A stretch of 64,000 nt of DNA, from assembly GCA_965644495.1 (NCBI GenBank), contig CBFFSA010000003.1, forward strand, positions 1,116,001 to 1,180,000, read 5' to 3'. Positions 1 through 9,849 of the stretch are shown here, one piece after another (the first letter of the stretch is position 1; each line of letters opens with the position of its first letter). This DNA comes from Perkinsela sp. CCAP 1560/9 (taxonomy: Eukaryota; Protista; Euglenozoa: Kinetoplastea). The notes under the pieces were generated by a model. The model was given only the letters and a program-made list of their open reading frames with translations, did no database searches and had not been told where the DNA came from. The position numbers and the translations under genes were made by a program.

Positions 1-187
1 TTTTTTTTGCGTATACCGCGTGTCTTGTCCATTCACTTGAACCCTGCATGCGGAGCATTATGAGGCTGGAGAAATTTTCTTTACCCTTTTTGCAAAGAAA
101 GGCTATTATACCTAGGGACACTTAAAGGGCTGAAACTGAGTAAAACAAACTCAGACAAATTTTGTGACGCCTTATTGGACACTTTCG

Positions 188-649
188 TCAGATTCTTCGA
201 TTTTTTCGATATTTTAGGTAGTTTCCTTATAAATATACAAAAATAATGTATATTATAACAATGGCATTATACACACATACAATAACAAGGCTCTACACTT
301 TTCACCGTTTACTTTTGTGTTTTCCTGCAACCGATCCTAGAGATGGTCCTAGAGATGGTCCTCAGCCTAGTAGTCTCCGACCATAAAAGGATGCGACTCT
401 CAAGCTTCCTTTGATTTACAGGGGGTGGCGCAAAAATATGGGGGGCGTCAAAATTCTTATAAATTGTCCAATTTTGGAAAGTAGCACCGCATTCGAGAGC
501 TCTCGCGGAGATATCCACATGTACGTGTCACCTGATACTGCGTTTCCCGTCTTTTTAATTTTTTAATTTCGGGACAAAAAAAAACGTTTTTGGAACTTGC
601 AATTTTCTTCAGATTCTTCGATTTTTTCGATATTTTAGGTAGTTTCCTT
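188..649 (+). repeat. 41-bp exact direct repeat (188-228 and 609-649)
   Basis: TCAGATTCTTCGATTTTTTCGATATTTTAGGTAGTTTCCTT occurs twice, once outside and once inside the MITE. Confidence 0.9.
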
Positions 650-1186
650 CTATTTGTTTACCTTTCCGCCTCGCTATCTCGCAGAAACAGGATTAATCCA
701 ATAGCAAGGGTGTACAGCACCGTGATCGGAATTGTTACAGAACTCGGGGACAGCTTAAAGTCACCCACCACATACTAAGGAAGTGCGAAGAAAATATTTG
801 TGGGATAACTGATGCCCACAAAAGCTCATTATTCCCCACAAATCGGTCAGAGTTGCGATCGGCGATCGCATATGGGATTGAATTGTTGAAAGGAGAACAG
901 AAAAAATCATTTTTAGACACTTTAAGGACAGTTCCAACTCGTATTAAGATTTCGTTAACAAAAAAATGGAGGACATTGTGGATATTAAATGAGGTATTTT
1001 TCAAATTTTGAAACTTGCAATTGGTGTTTTCAGCCCCTTTGGCATAGGGACCTACCCTCCTGAATACGGGAAACGCATTATCAGGTGACACGTATATCAG
1101 CGAGAGCTCTCGAATGCGGTACTACTTTTCAAAATTGGACAAGTTATAAAAATTTTGACCCCCCCATATTTTCGTGCCATCTCCTG
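419..1186. mobile_element. Non-autonomous DNA transposon (MITE), Tc1/mariner-like, ~110-120 bp imperfect TIRs, TA target duplication
   Basis: 419-537 (CAGGGGGTGGCG...GTGTCACCTGATA) is the near reverse complement of ~1079-1186 (TATCAGGTGACAC...GCCATCTCCTG). TA lies at 417-418 and 1187-1188. No transposase ORF inside. Confidence 0.85.
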
Positions 1187-1757
1187 TATGTGGAGAAGGA
1201 AGCGAAGTTCCCAGGAAGCACCCTTGAGAAGGCCGAAGAGCAAAAAGTGAATCAGCACGAAGAAATGGCTTCATCTCGCAGTAGGAATTTTTTTCCTTTG
1301 GTCTCTCTAGATATTGTACTGCTCTATCAAATCGCTATAGTATTGTAGCGTCTTACAGAAGAGTACATCTTTATGTAAAATATTATTACGAAATTTAGGC
1401 ACATTCCTTTCTAACGGGCACATAACTCAATGAAGAAAAACACTTTGCTTGGAAAATACTTTGCATGACACGAGATCCTTCACCTCCTTACCTCCCTTTC
1501 ACCCTCCTTCGCTTGTCACTTTCCTTCAATAACAGGTAACCTGAACTTAGAAAGCAAAGAAAAGGTCTCGAAGAAAATGGAAGTTCTACTCTACCGAATT
1601 TTTGGATTATCAGAAAAAAAACGTTTTTGAAAGTTTTATAGTAAAAAAATTCCTAAAACTTTAAAGTAACTTTCATCCCTTGAAACTCAAACTAGTCTAA
1701 AGTACAGTATTATATTTAATTACGGTATTATTTAATTACGCTTTTAAGGTTATTTTC

Positions 1758-2068
1758 GGCTAAAATTAATCTTAATTAAATTAACCGTAATATAATCCAC
1801 TCGTAAATTAATAATATTTTTTCCTTTTAAAAAAAAAGGTGTGAACCCCCCCTAGGAATTTTTGAACACACTTGAACAAATTTTTTTTCAACACACTTTT
1901 TGAGGAACTTTTAAGCACCCAAGCCATTGGATTCGTCTGTGATCATTTTACAAAGGTTTGTGTTTCGTATTAAAGTGAGGTCGATGGTGATAGACATGAA
2001 AGAAAAGTATTTTTTTCGGGGCTAAAAATAATCTTAATTAAAAATAACCGTAATATAATCCACTCGTA
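1758..2068 (+). repeat. ~48-bp near-identical direct repeat (1758-1805, 2020-2068)
   Basis: GGCTAAAAwTAATCTTAATTAAA...TAACCGTAATATAATCCACTCGTA occurs twice. Confidence 0.85.
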
Positions 2069-2130
2069 TTTGAATACTTCACTGTAACAATAATCATTCT
2101 TTTTTAAAAGTTCAAAGTTATTAATTGATG

Positions 2131-2211
2131 TCAGTGTTATTGTTTGTACACATTGTGACCTTTCGGCATTCTGCAGAGAGGGTAAGATCGCCCGGTCGTG
2201 GTTATCATCAG
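2131..2211 (-). ncRNA. Candidate box C/D snoRNA
   Basis: The minus strand reads CTGATGA...CTGA over ~80 nt, on the coding strand in an intergenic region. It contains TGTGTACAAA, antisense to conserved SSU UUUGUACACA, but this is not adjacent to a D box. Confidence 0.4.
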
Positions 2212-2768
2212 GTAAGAAAGGTGCATGCATTTCATTATTTCCTATTGGTCATGCTTCTAACGGACCGTCCGGACTAAAAAAAATAATTTTTGGCTACTCT
2301 TTTTAATATTTCTATGTTGGCCAATAGTGGCCAATAGAAATGGCCTTGTTGGCCATTTCTATACCTCGTAATACTCGTATAACCTCTTAATATTCCAAAT
2401 GGGAACATTAACCCGAACAGTGGTTTATATTGACCTGAATTAAGTAAACGGGTGGACGGAGATTCACTTTACGTAACTATTTTTATGACTGATAAAATCC
2501 AGTAGCAGTTCAAGTCAAATACGGAACAAAAACGTGCAATTTCATGAGCCTTTGCAGCATCTTATCCGTATGCAACTCACAATGTTTGGTTCCTGGCTTA
2601 ATTGGAGGTAGTAGTTGCAAAAAAAATTATCTACGTCTAATAATGTAGGAATGAGAAGGCGTTTAAGGATAGAAATGTCCGAGCTTGCGAGCGAACGTAA
2701 ATAGTACGATAAGGCGTAAGAGTACATCCCAGCGAGTGTAAACAAATAAAATCTAAAATAAACATGGA

Positions 2769-3140
2769 TTACAATGGCTCAATGTAAAGAACGTTGTTAC
2801 CGCGTATCAGCATACTAGGGGTGACACCCATCTCATCAAGTTTCGTCCGTTTTGTATTTTTGACCGAGCTGAGACGGTTTGCGGATTCTTGAAGGACGAT
2901 TTCATTCGCGGCTCTTCTAATAACCGATTCTACTGTGACGTGTTCTAGTGCAACATTTAAATGATCATCCACGGAACGTACCGTGCCCCGAAGAACAGGA
3001 ACTGGTTCTTCCCCCGCTGAATGAGTCAATCTACTGCAACGTTTCCTCCACTCGACTGTAAGGGGAAGTGGCAATCCGTGTACAGTGCGAACAAGCACTG
3101 TACACCCCACAAGCGAGGAGCCTAACGCGTTTGAAGACAT
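2769..3140 (-). CDS. Sm/LSm-fold protein, LSm6/SmF-like
   Basis: Sm1 motif LRGTVRSVDDHLNVALE and Sm2 motif MLIRGNNVLYI. Confidence 0.8.
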   Translation of the reverse strand: MSSNALGSSLVGCTVLVRTVHGLPLPLTVEWRKRCSRLTHSAGEEPVPVLRGTVRSVDDHLNVALEHVTVESVIRRAANEIVLQESANRLSSVKNTKRTKLDEMGVTPSMLIRGNNVLYIEPL

Positions 3141-3355
3141 TCTTAATAATTAGAATAAATTGCGCCCCAAAAAATACTTTAGTATGTAACAATGAATGAT
3201 CTAGATAACTTTGCATCGAATTATTATTCTTCATTATCAACGTTATCATGAAAACAAGAGGAAATATTACATTCTGTATATTATGTTTTATGTTTAATTT
3301 TGAAGAAGCGTGTAAAGGAACACAAGCGTCATACTTGTCACCATAATCCTTTGTT

Positions 3356-4039
3356 CTATTCACTTCCGTGCGCTACGACCACCCCAGATGACAACAAGGG
3401 AGCTGCATCCTCATAGGTAAGTGAGAGACATTTTCCGGGATAGATTTGCAACGTACGCCCGGTGACGGCGGAGACACCCACAAATGTCTTCTTACCTGTG
3501 AGCACTACATAGCGCTGTACTCCGGGAATGTGTCCACTCGCACACATACGAAGATCCAAGTTACCGAGGGCTGTCATGTACGATACCATAAGATTTCCAT
3601 AGTTACGTAGAAATTGTCCCTCTGAGGGGTTGAGCAGGTCATGGGGTATAGCTCCCCGAGCAGAGGGCTCGGAGGATGATACAGGTGAGGATGGCGCCTC
3701 TTGTGAGATTGCACCATGGGTGTGCTCGTCTTTACCCAGCATACCCCACCACGAGGCTGTTACGTGGTCCAGACGAGACTTCAGGTAGGAGCAGAGACAT
3801 CGCTTGTCATGGAGAGCCTGAGCCCGGAGTATTCGTAACCGCGTGGCATAGAATGGGTCCCTCACATTAATGTGGGGGTTGCCCAAGTCACGTTCATGCA
3901 TAGACCACAATGCTTGAATTCCCTGTGCGATTGCATTTACACTCGAGTCGTCAAACACGGTAAACTCCTGACGCCCACCTCGAGCTTGCAGACCGCTCGC
4001 ACGGTGTACTAAAGGCTGGGCTGCGCCATCTTCATACAT
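3356..4039 (-). CDS. PSF1: GINS complex subunit Psf1
   Basis: LHDKRCLCSYLKSRLDHVTASWW and LNPSEGQFLRNYGNLMVSYM match Psf1 motifs. First ATG is at 4039; the track uses a TTG at 4069. Confidence 0.8.
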   Translation of the reverse strand: MYEDGAAQPLVHRASGLQARGGRQEFTVFDDSSVNAIAQGIQALWSMHERDLGNPHINVRDPFYATRLRILRAQALHDKRCLCSYLKSRLDHVTASWWGMLGKDEHTHGAISQEAPSSPVSSSEPSARGAIPHDLLNPSEGQFLRNYGNLMVSYMTALGNLDLRMCASGHIPGVQRYVVLTGKKTFVGVSAVTGRTLQIYPGKCLSLTYEDAAPLLSSGVVVAHGSE

Positions 4040-4308
4040 GAATAACGGATATATTGAAAAGCCATACAAAAACTTTGTCTTATTTTTTTATCGCGTAGCG
4101 AAACTGCCCTGCTACCGAAAATTTCTAGGTTTTCGTTGTTCGAAAGTTAATGAGAAATGTATTGAATAACATGAAAAAAGTGCACATGAGAAATATTCTA
4201 GTTAGGGTAATTTGAATACGGCATTACGTATTCATCGAGCCTAGCCATGATCGAGCATAGTTCATGCAATGACGCTTTTAAAGCCACTTTGTTCTCCCTT
4301 ATTCTTCT

Positions 4309-6288
4309 TTATTTTCCTGGCACGTGCATATATTCGTCCAATACAGAAGGGCCATAGTCTCCATAATCAGGAAGATAGCCCCTGGCCAGTGACTCAAGAG
4401 ACATCCCCCCTAGCGATCGATAAAGCGCATCGTAGCCTTCATGCGGTAGCGAAATGCCTAGACTACACGCTTCAATGAAGAGCGCGTACCCCGCGGTACT
4501 GTCCATTCGAGCACAGTTTAGAAGAGCCACATAGTGTTGCGCGTTGACTTGCGAGGAACAGACATACTTTTGTCTTACATTAAGTGCAGTCTGGAGATCG
4601 GGAAAGGGACGCAAAGAGGAATAGAGACGAAGCATGAGTAAACTGAGTTTGGAAACCTGTTGAGGTGAAAATAAGGTGGAACATACTACGTGCTCTTGGG
4701 GCGCAACATGACGTAAGAATAGCGCTTCAGCCTCCGTAGTTCGGCGGTGCAATACATAAACGTGAAGAAGCGAATACAGCACAGGAAAGCGTAGAAACCG
4801 GCTATGATCCTGCTTGGAATCTTCTTGACTATGACTCTCACCCTCAGTTTTCTCCCTCAAACTTACTTTATCCAAATGCTCATTCTGAATTTTAGAATAA
4901 ACTACTTGAGTTGCATCTTCGGGAGTGAGGGAAGAAAGTAGTGTAAGAATAATTGACCAAGATGAGCATAAAAACTCTCTTTGCGACATGCTAGCATTTA
5001 TTTTCGATATCAAAGCGCTCCGAAATCCACCATCTGCAGAAGTACCTACGGCGTGTAACGCGGCTGCATAGGCTGAAAGAGTGGGACGGAATTCGCACGA
5101 TTGCAGCTCGTGAATGCGCCCTGGGAATAGCTGAAACCAAAGCTGAACAATATTTTTATTGTCGAATAAACTATCGTGAGGTTTGCGCGCCCCACACCAC
5201 AAGCAAAGTAAAGCAGAAACATCACTATGAAATATTTCACGTTCGCTGTGCACCGATGCCGCTTTTGAACCCGCAGAAGAAATACTCTTGATTCCTTCTG
5301 TTTTGTTGCAAGTAATGGAGCCATTACCTGTTTCATTCTTCTCTGTTCGAATTGGCTGTAACCATTCTAAATATTTCCGTACCCAAAACCAAAACGTCTC
5401 GTAATTTCGCGTATCATGCTCAATTTCGGTCCACAGAGCAAAATAACACAACCAAACCTTATGTGTTGCGAAATCACTCTGCAGCGCGTCATGGAGAAGT
5501 TGCGTAGCTCCTCTAAGAACTCTCTTCTGGTGCGCACGCGATGTCTCCTGAATTCGCTTGTAATGTCCGGAAAGAGGTGTTTTTCGCGTCGAATCAGTTT
5601 TTGGTCCTTTAAAAGTATTTAACGATACACTTTCCGACCCTGCTAAACTACAGAGGGCTACGAACGATACTTCGATGAGTCGTGAGTAAAGATCATGGCG
5701 TACCTTTCCATCCAGGTCCTTGTCCAGAATTACATTGTTCAGGAATTCACCTCGTAAAAATTCTATCTTAGCGAAAATAGATTCAACGTGCTCAGCACCA
5801 AGCAGCTCAAGAAAAGAATATCGTACATTGGGTAAGGAAGATGTGAGGAAAGAAAAAAGGCTTCCGGCACGCGACCCATCTTCTCCTTTCTCAATCAATG
5901 CGTATGGCTCGCTAGTTTTGCTTTGCAAAGAACTTATATAGTTTTGAATCAATCGACGATGTGGTTGAAAAATAGAATACCAGTGATATAGCGTGGGCGA
6001 ACATTGATCTGTTCGATCGGGATTACTGTAGCGCTCTGTATCTGAAGAGAACCACGGCATTATCATATCTAAAAAAGATAACGATTTTCTATGTGATGTG
6101 ATCTCAGTAGTCCGTAAATTTGTTGAATTATGTGCAGTGCAGGGCCTATATCTTTTACCAACTTCGATAGCAGAACCTTCCGATTCGTTGGACGTGTGTG
6201 CTTGGCGTCTTTGTGCAAGACATTTCCTTCCTGCATACATACACAAGCTTGTCACCCGAATCGAAGATTTATAGCGTGCTCGAAACAT
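4309..6288 (-). CDS. Hypothetical helical protein, probably mitochondrial (possibly PPR-like)
   Basis: Long ORF with a basic Arg/Ser-rich N-terminus and degenerate helical-repeat-like C-terminal segments. First ATG is at 6288. Confidence 0.55.
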   Translation of the reverse strand: MFRARYKSSIRVTSLCMYAGRKCLAQRRQAHTSNESEGSAIEVGKRYRPCTAHNSTNLRTTEITSHRKSLSFLDMIMPWFSSDTERYSNPDRTDQCSPTLYHWYSIFQPHRRLIQNYISSLQSKTSEPYALIEKGEDGSRAGSLFSFLTSSLPNVRYSFLELLGAEHVESIFAKIEFLRGEFLNNVILDKDLDGKVRHDLYSRLIEVSFVALCSLAGSESVSLNTFKGPKTDSTRKTPLSGHYKRIQETSRAHQKRVLRGATQLLHDALQSDFATHKVWLCYFALWTEIEHDTRNYETFWFWVRKYLEWLQPIRTEKNETGNGSITCNKTEGIKSISSAGSKAASVHSEREIFHSDVSALLCLWCGARKPHDSLFDNKNIVQLWFQLFPGRIHELQSCEFRPTLSAYAAALHAVGTSADGGFRSALISKINASMSQREFLCSSWSIILTLLSSLTPEDATQVVYSKIQNEHLDKVSLREKTEGESHSQEDSKQDHSRFLRFPVLYSLLHVYVLHRRTTEAEALFLRHVAPQEHVVCSTLFSPQQVSKLSLLMLRLYSSLRPFPDLQTALNVRQKYVCSSQVNAQHYVALLNCARMDSTAGYALFIEACSLGISLPHEGYDALYRSLGGMSLESLARGYLPDYGDYGPSVLDEYMHVPGK

Positions 6289-6537
6289 CAAAAGGCAAGA
6301 CCTTTTACTCAACTAGCTCATAGGATCCTATAAAAACGTCTAACGATTTAAGAGAATGAATATTCGCGAATAAGAAGTGAAGCCTACAATCTTATACGAA
6401 TAGGTTCAATTGCACACTAAATAGTTATGTAACTATGTAAATAGTTATGTAACTATGGTAAAATCATGATGGATTACACCGCGAAATTAATTACGTCAGG
6501 CTCTGTGCTAAAAAACACATTTTTTTAGTTTTACCCT

Positions 6538-7821
6538 TTAAGATCGGACATTCCGCTCCCATTTCTTACAAATCCGTTGGTCATTACTACGTAGTATTTC
6601 GAAAGGATGAGGCATGCATCGTAAAATGTGATCCAAACAATGGAACTCCGCCATATTGCGCCCACTGCCCATGGCATCATCGTTTCGACCTAAATGAATT
6701 CCCACCGGAACAAGTGTTGGAGGAGAAGTGCGCATCAAAAATGCTAATCCGCCAGACGCCCCGGGCTTTGTTTCTGCACCGTCAACGTAAAATGACATGG
6801 TCTGTGTGTGAAAACCACGAAGAGTCCCGGAAGTGTAGCAAAGGACAAGTTCCTTCCCATCGAAGAGCTCTGTATCGTAACTTTCAGGAGTTGACGCTGG
6901 AAGACTTTTACCTAACCTCTGAGACTGTTTGCCACGTTTTCTTATCGTAGTCCCAATATCGATTCCCAGGTCAACTTTCTGCGGGGCACTATGGGGCAAG
7001 CATACCTGTGCGCTTGGTTGTAGCCATAATATGAGAATCTGGTCATTATCTTCCAACGTAATGCCCTCTTGAATTCTAAGGAAGCGAAAACCACGAATCA
7101 AAGACCTGTCGTTTGTTTTATCAGCTCGGTAATCAGAATTTGCACTATCTGTCATTGTTGACTCGTCTTTTTGTGTTCTTTCCGTTCGATGAACAGGAGT
7201 CTCATAAATGAGTGCGGCGTCAATCAACCCGTGGAATGGACGTATATTTGAATTGATTTTTGTAACATGACGTACTGGTTGATCACTCATTTCTGATCCG
7301 CTTTTTTGGCGACTGCAACTCAACTTTCGCGACCCTTTTTCTCTAGGTAAATGCAGTTCTATTCCTCCTATTACACATTTAGAGATCACATGTCTCGGAG
7401 TAAGATAGGTGTACGGCCCTACAGCTACTGCAGTTCCACACCATTCATTTCTATACCACACACCGCGTAGTACATTATGCAGTTGTGATACATACAGACT
7501 AAGAACAAGTTGCCTTAAGTCACCTACCGGGCTTCGCCAATCTTTGCATGGTATCTCGACGAAACACAGATTTTCGCTTTTTGACCTCTTCAATTTCTCT
7601 TCGTGCGATAGCTCCCGGGTATCATCGTCGGGCGTTTCTGGAGTTGCAGGTTGCGTCTCACGAGAAGACAAAAATCTTTCAGATTTCGGCCAATTGGTTG
7701 CCTTCTGGCGCATAAGTCTATAGAAGGAACTTTCAGGTGCAATCGATAGCTCAGAACCGCGTGGTCTCGTCACCTCTTGTCTAGTCGCATGATGCGACGT
7801 AAGATATCGATCATAATTCAT
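6538..7821 (-). CDS. Trypsin-like (PA clan) serine peptidase domain protein
   Basis: GTAVAVG...LTPRHV (His), IDAAL (Asp), TKPGASGG (Ser) and VGIHLG occur in canonical order. Confidence 0.7.
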   Translation of the reverse strand: MNYDRYLTSHHATRQEVTRPRGSELSIAPESSFYRLMRQKATNWPKSERFLSSRETQPATPETPDDDTRELSHEEKLKRSKSENLCFVEIPCKDWRSPVGDLRQLVLSLYVSQLHNVLRGVWYRNEWCGTAVAVGPYTYLTPRHVISKCVIGGIELHLPREKGSRKLSCSRQKSGSEMSDQPVRHVTKINSNIRPFHGLIDAALIYETPVHRTERTQKDESTMTDSANSDYRADKTNDRSLIRGFRFLRIQEGITLEDNDQILILWLQPSAQVCLPHSAPQKVDLGIDIGTTIRKRGKQSQRLGKSLPASTPESYDTELFDGKELVLCYTSGTLRGFHTQTMSFYVDGAETKPGASGGLAFLMRTSPPTLVPVGIHLGRNDDAMGSGRNMAEFHCLDHILRCMPHPFEILRSNDQRICKKWERNVRS

Positions 7822-8087
7822 GCCAATAGAATTTTCACCTCATGTGCCTACCTATAGGAAGTCTTTAGATCAGATCTCTATCTATTCGATTTTATATACA
7901 TGTACATGTATGATCAGTCTGTTTTTTTGCGATTTCATTTCGATGATTTTATATAGTTCTATATTTTATAATAACTGCGGTAATTGTACCCGTGACAAAA
8001 TCTTTGAGATATTCCGGTTAGCCTCCCTCCACTCGACAGTGTTAAAGCTGCAAAGCTGTGATACACACTACCGCAACACTGCAAATG

Positions 8088-9413
8088 TCAATAGTCAGGA
8101 AAGTCTTCGTCCACTTCTTCTCTCCATCTATGTAGGCCTCCTACAACGTGAACCACATTTGCAACTCCGTTGGCAGCTAAAAATGTCACAGCGTGACTTG
8201 ATGCAACGCCTCGACGACATATCAAGTAAATATTGTGTTTCTTTACACTATTGGGATGATGAGAAGCATTACTATTAGATTTATCATTTTTTAGTAGCGC
8301 AGTGTTATAAACGTCTAAAGAGCAGGGTTGTTCAGAAAGTGACCTCACCTGTGCCACAAAGGACTCATTTTTTAAAAACGGTACATTGCTAACCACAAAA
8401 TTTGGCCATTTAATTGAACACATACTAAACTGCACCTCGGGTCGGACATCGACAACCACAATCTTCGGAGTAGTATTCGCCGCACGTTCGACCAACTCCA
8501 AAGGGCGCACACAGTTATCTGACGCAAGACACGCGGGGCGCTCACACACGTAGTCCTCACCATAATACGCAAAAACCGGAACCCCCCTCTCCCCCTTCCC
8601 TCTCCGTCTCCCCTCCCCACATCCCCCACAACCCCCCCGCCTCTCCCTCAACCTCACCGTCCGCATCGTCCCCAACCTCGCATTCCAATACACCATCCGC
8701 CCCGACAACACCTCCCCCCTCCCCCACCCCGCCGCCACCTTCACCACCTCCCCCGCCTGTACCGCCCCCATCACCCCCGGCACCACCCCCAGTACCCCCA
8801 CCTCCCCACACCCCTCCACAGCCCCTCCCCCCGCCGGTGGGGGCTCCGGGAACACACACCGGTAGCACGGCCCCCCGGCGTAGTGAAACACCGTGACGTG
8901 GCCCTCCCACCGCAGCGCGGACCCACTCACCAGGGGCTTCCCCAGCCACCCGCAGGCGTCGTTGAGCAAGTACCGGCTCCCCACGTTATCCGTGCAGTCA
9001 CAGATAATGTCGTAGGGCCGCAGGAGGGGTAACACATTGGAGGGATCAACGGCCACGGGGTACTCGTGCAGGGGTACCGTGGGGTTGAGCCGACGACAGG
9101 CCAGGGCCGCGGATTGGACTTTGGACATTTGTAGGTTTTCTGTGCTGTGGATGACCTGACGCTGGAGGTTGGAGAGCTCAACGGTGTCGGGGTCGACGAT
9201 GCCGAGGGAGGCGGCGCCCCCGGCCGCGAGGTAGAGCAGACAGGTACTGCCGAGACCTCCGGCCCCGACGACGAGGATGTGGGTGCGGAGGACGGAGGAT
9301 ACGCCGGAGGGCCCGAGCTCGGGGAGAAGGGCGTGACGGCTGTAGCGTTGGATCTCGGGGGCGGTGAGGTGGGGGGAGTGGAGGGAAGGGGAGATGGGGG
9401 GAGGGGTGGACAT
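8088..9413 (-). CDS. UBA4: Adenylyltransferase/sulfurtransferase MOCS3/UBA4 (MoeB + rhodanese)
   Basis: RYSRH, GAGGLG, SNLQRQ, DCTDN, PCYRC and the rhodanese motif CRRG. Confidence 0.95.
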   Translation of the reverse strand: MSTPPPISPSLHSPHLTAPEIQRYSRHALLPELGPSGVSSVLRTHILVVGAGGLGSTCLLYLAAGGAASLGIVDPDTVELSNLQRQVIHSTENLQMSKVQSAALACRRLNPTVPLHEYPVAVDPSNVLPLLRPYDIICDCTDNVGSRYLLNDACGWLGKPLVSGSALRWEGHVTVFHYAGGPCYRCVFPEPPPAGGGAVEGCGEVGVLGVVPGVMGAVQAGEVVKVAAGWGRGEVLSGRMVYWNARLGTMRTVRLRERRGGCGGCGEGRRRGKGERGVPVFAYYGEDYVCERPACLASDNCVRPLELVERAANTTPKIVVVDVRPEVQFSMCSIKWPNFVVSNVPFLKNESFVAQVRSLSEQPCSLDVYNTALLKNDKSNSNASHHPNSVKKHNIYLICRRGVASSHAVTFLAANGVANVVHVVGGLHRWREEVDEDFPDY

Positions 9414-9849
9414 TAGAGTGTGTTGTACATCATGATGAGGGAGGGAGGGGGGGAGAAGAGAATTGTAGATGGAAGGTAGAAAAAGATGGATTGAGTAAAA
9501 AGGATGAGGGGAGGAGCAAGATTAAAGGAAGAAAACTCCAGGGCAAATGAAGAAATGGATAAAAGGTCATTAGTTAATTACGCGTAAATTGATTCTTCTT
9601 TAAATTAATGATTTAAAATTTAAATGTCTTAATTTCTCTATTTTTGGATTTAGGATTTTCGTACGCATGGCTAGTAGCATTCACATACGCACTGTGAAAT
9701 CATTTAGTAAAAAATTAGACTCCTTCAAGTAAAACTGTATGCTAAAAATAAAGGAGAAAAATAAATCTGTTGCACTTCTTGAATATAAATCACTAGCAGA
9801 GTTTACGAGTCAATCCGATGAATACTCGACTTTCTCCAATTCCTACTTT

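Noticed and set aside
309-1348. Short ORFs sharing ISARALECG
   Set aside because: The similarity comes from the MITE TIRs; there are no transposase motifs.
3031-3363. 110-aa ORF between PSF1 and the LSm gene
   Set aside because: AT-rich spacer read-through that overlaps both genes and has no motifs.
8372-9416. Gly-rich alternative ORFs overlapping UBA4
   Set aside because: By-products of the skew island, which has few stop codons in any frame.
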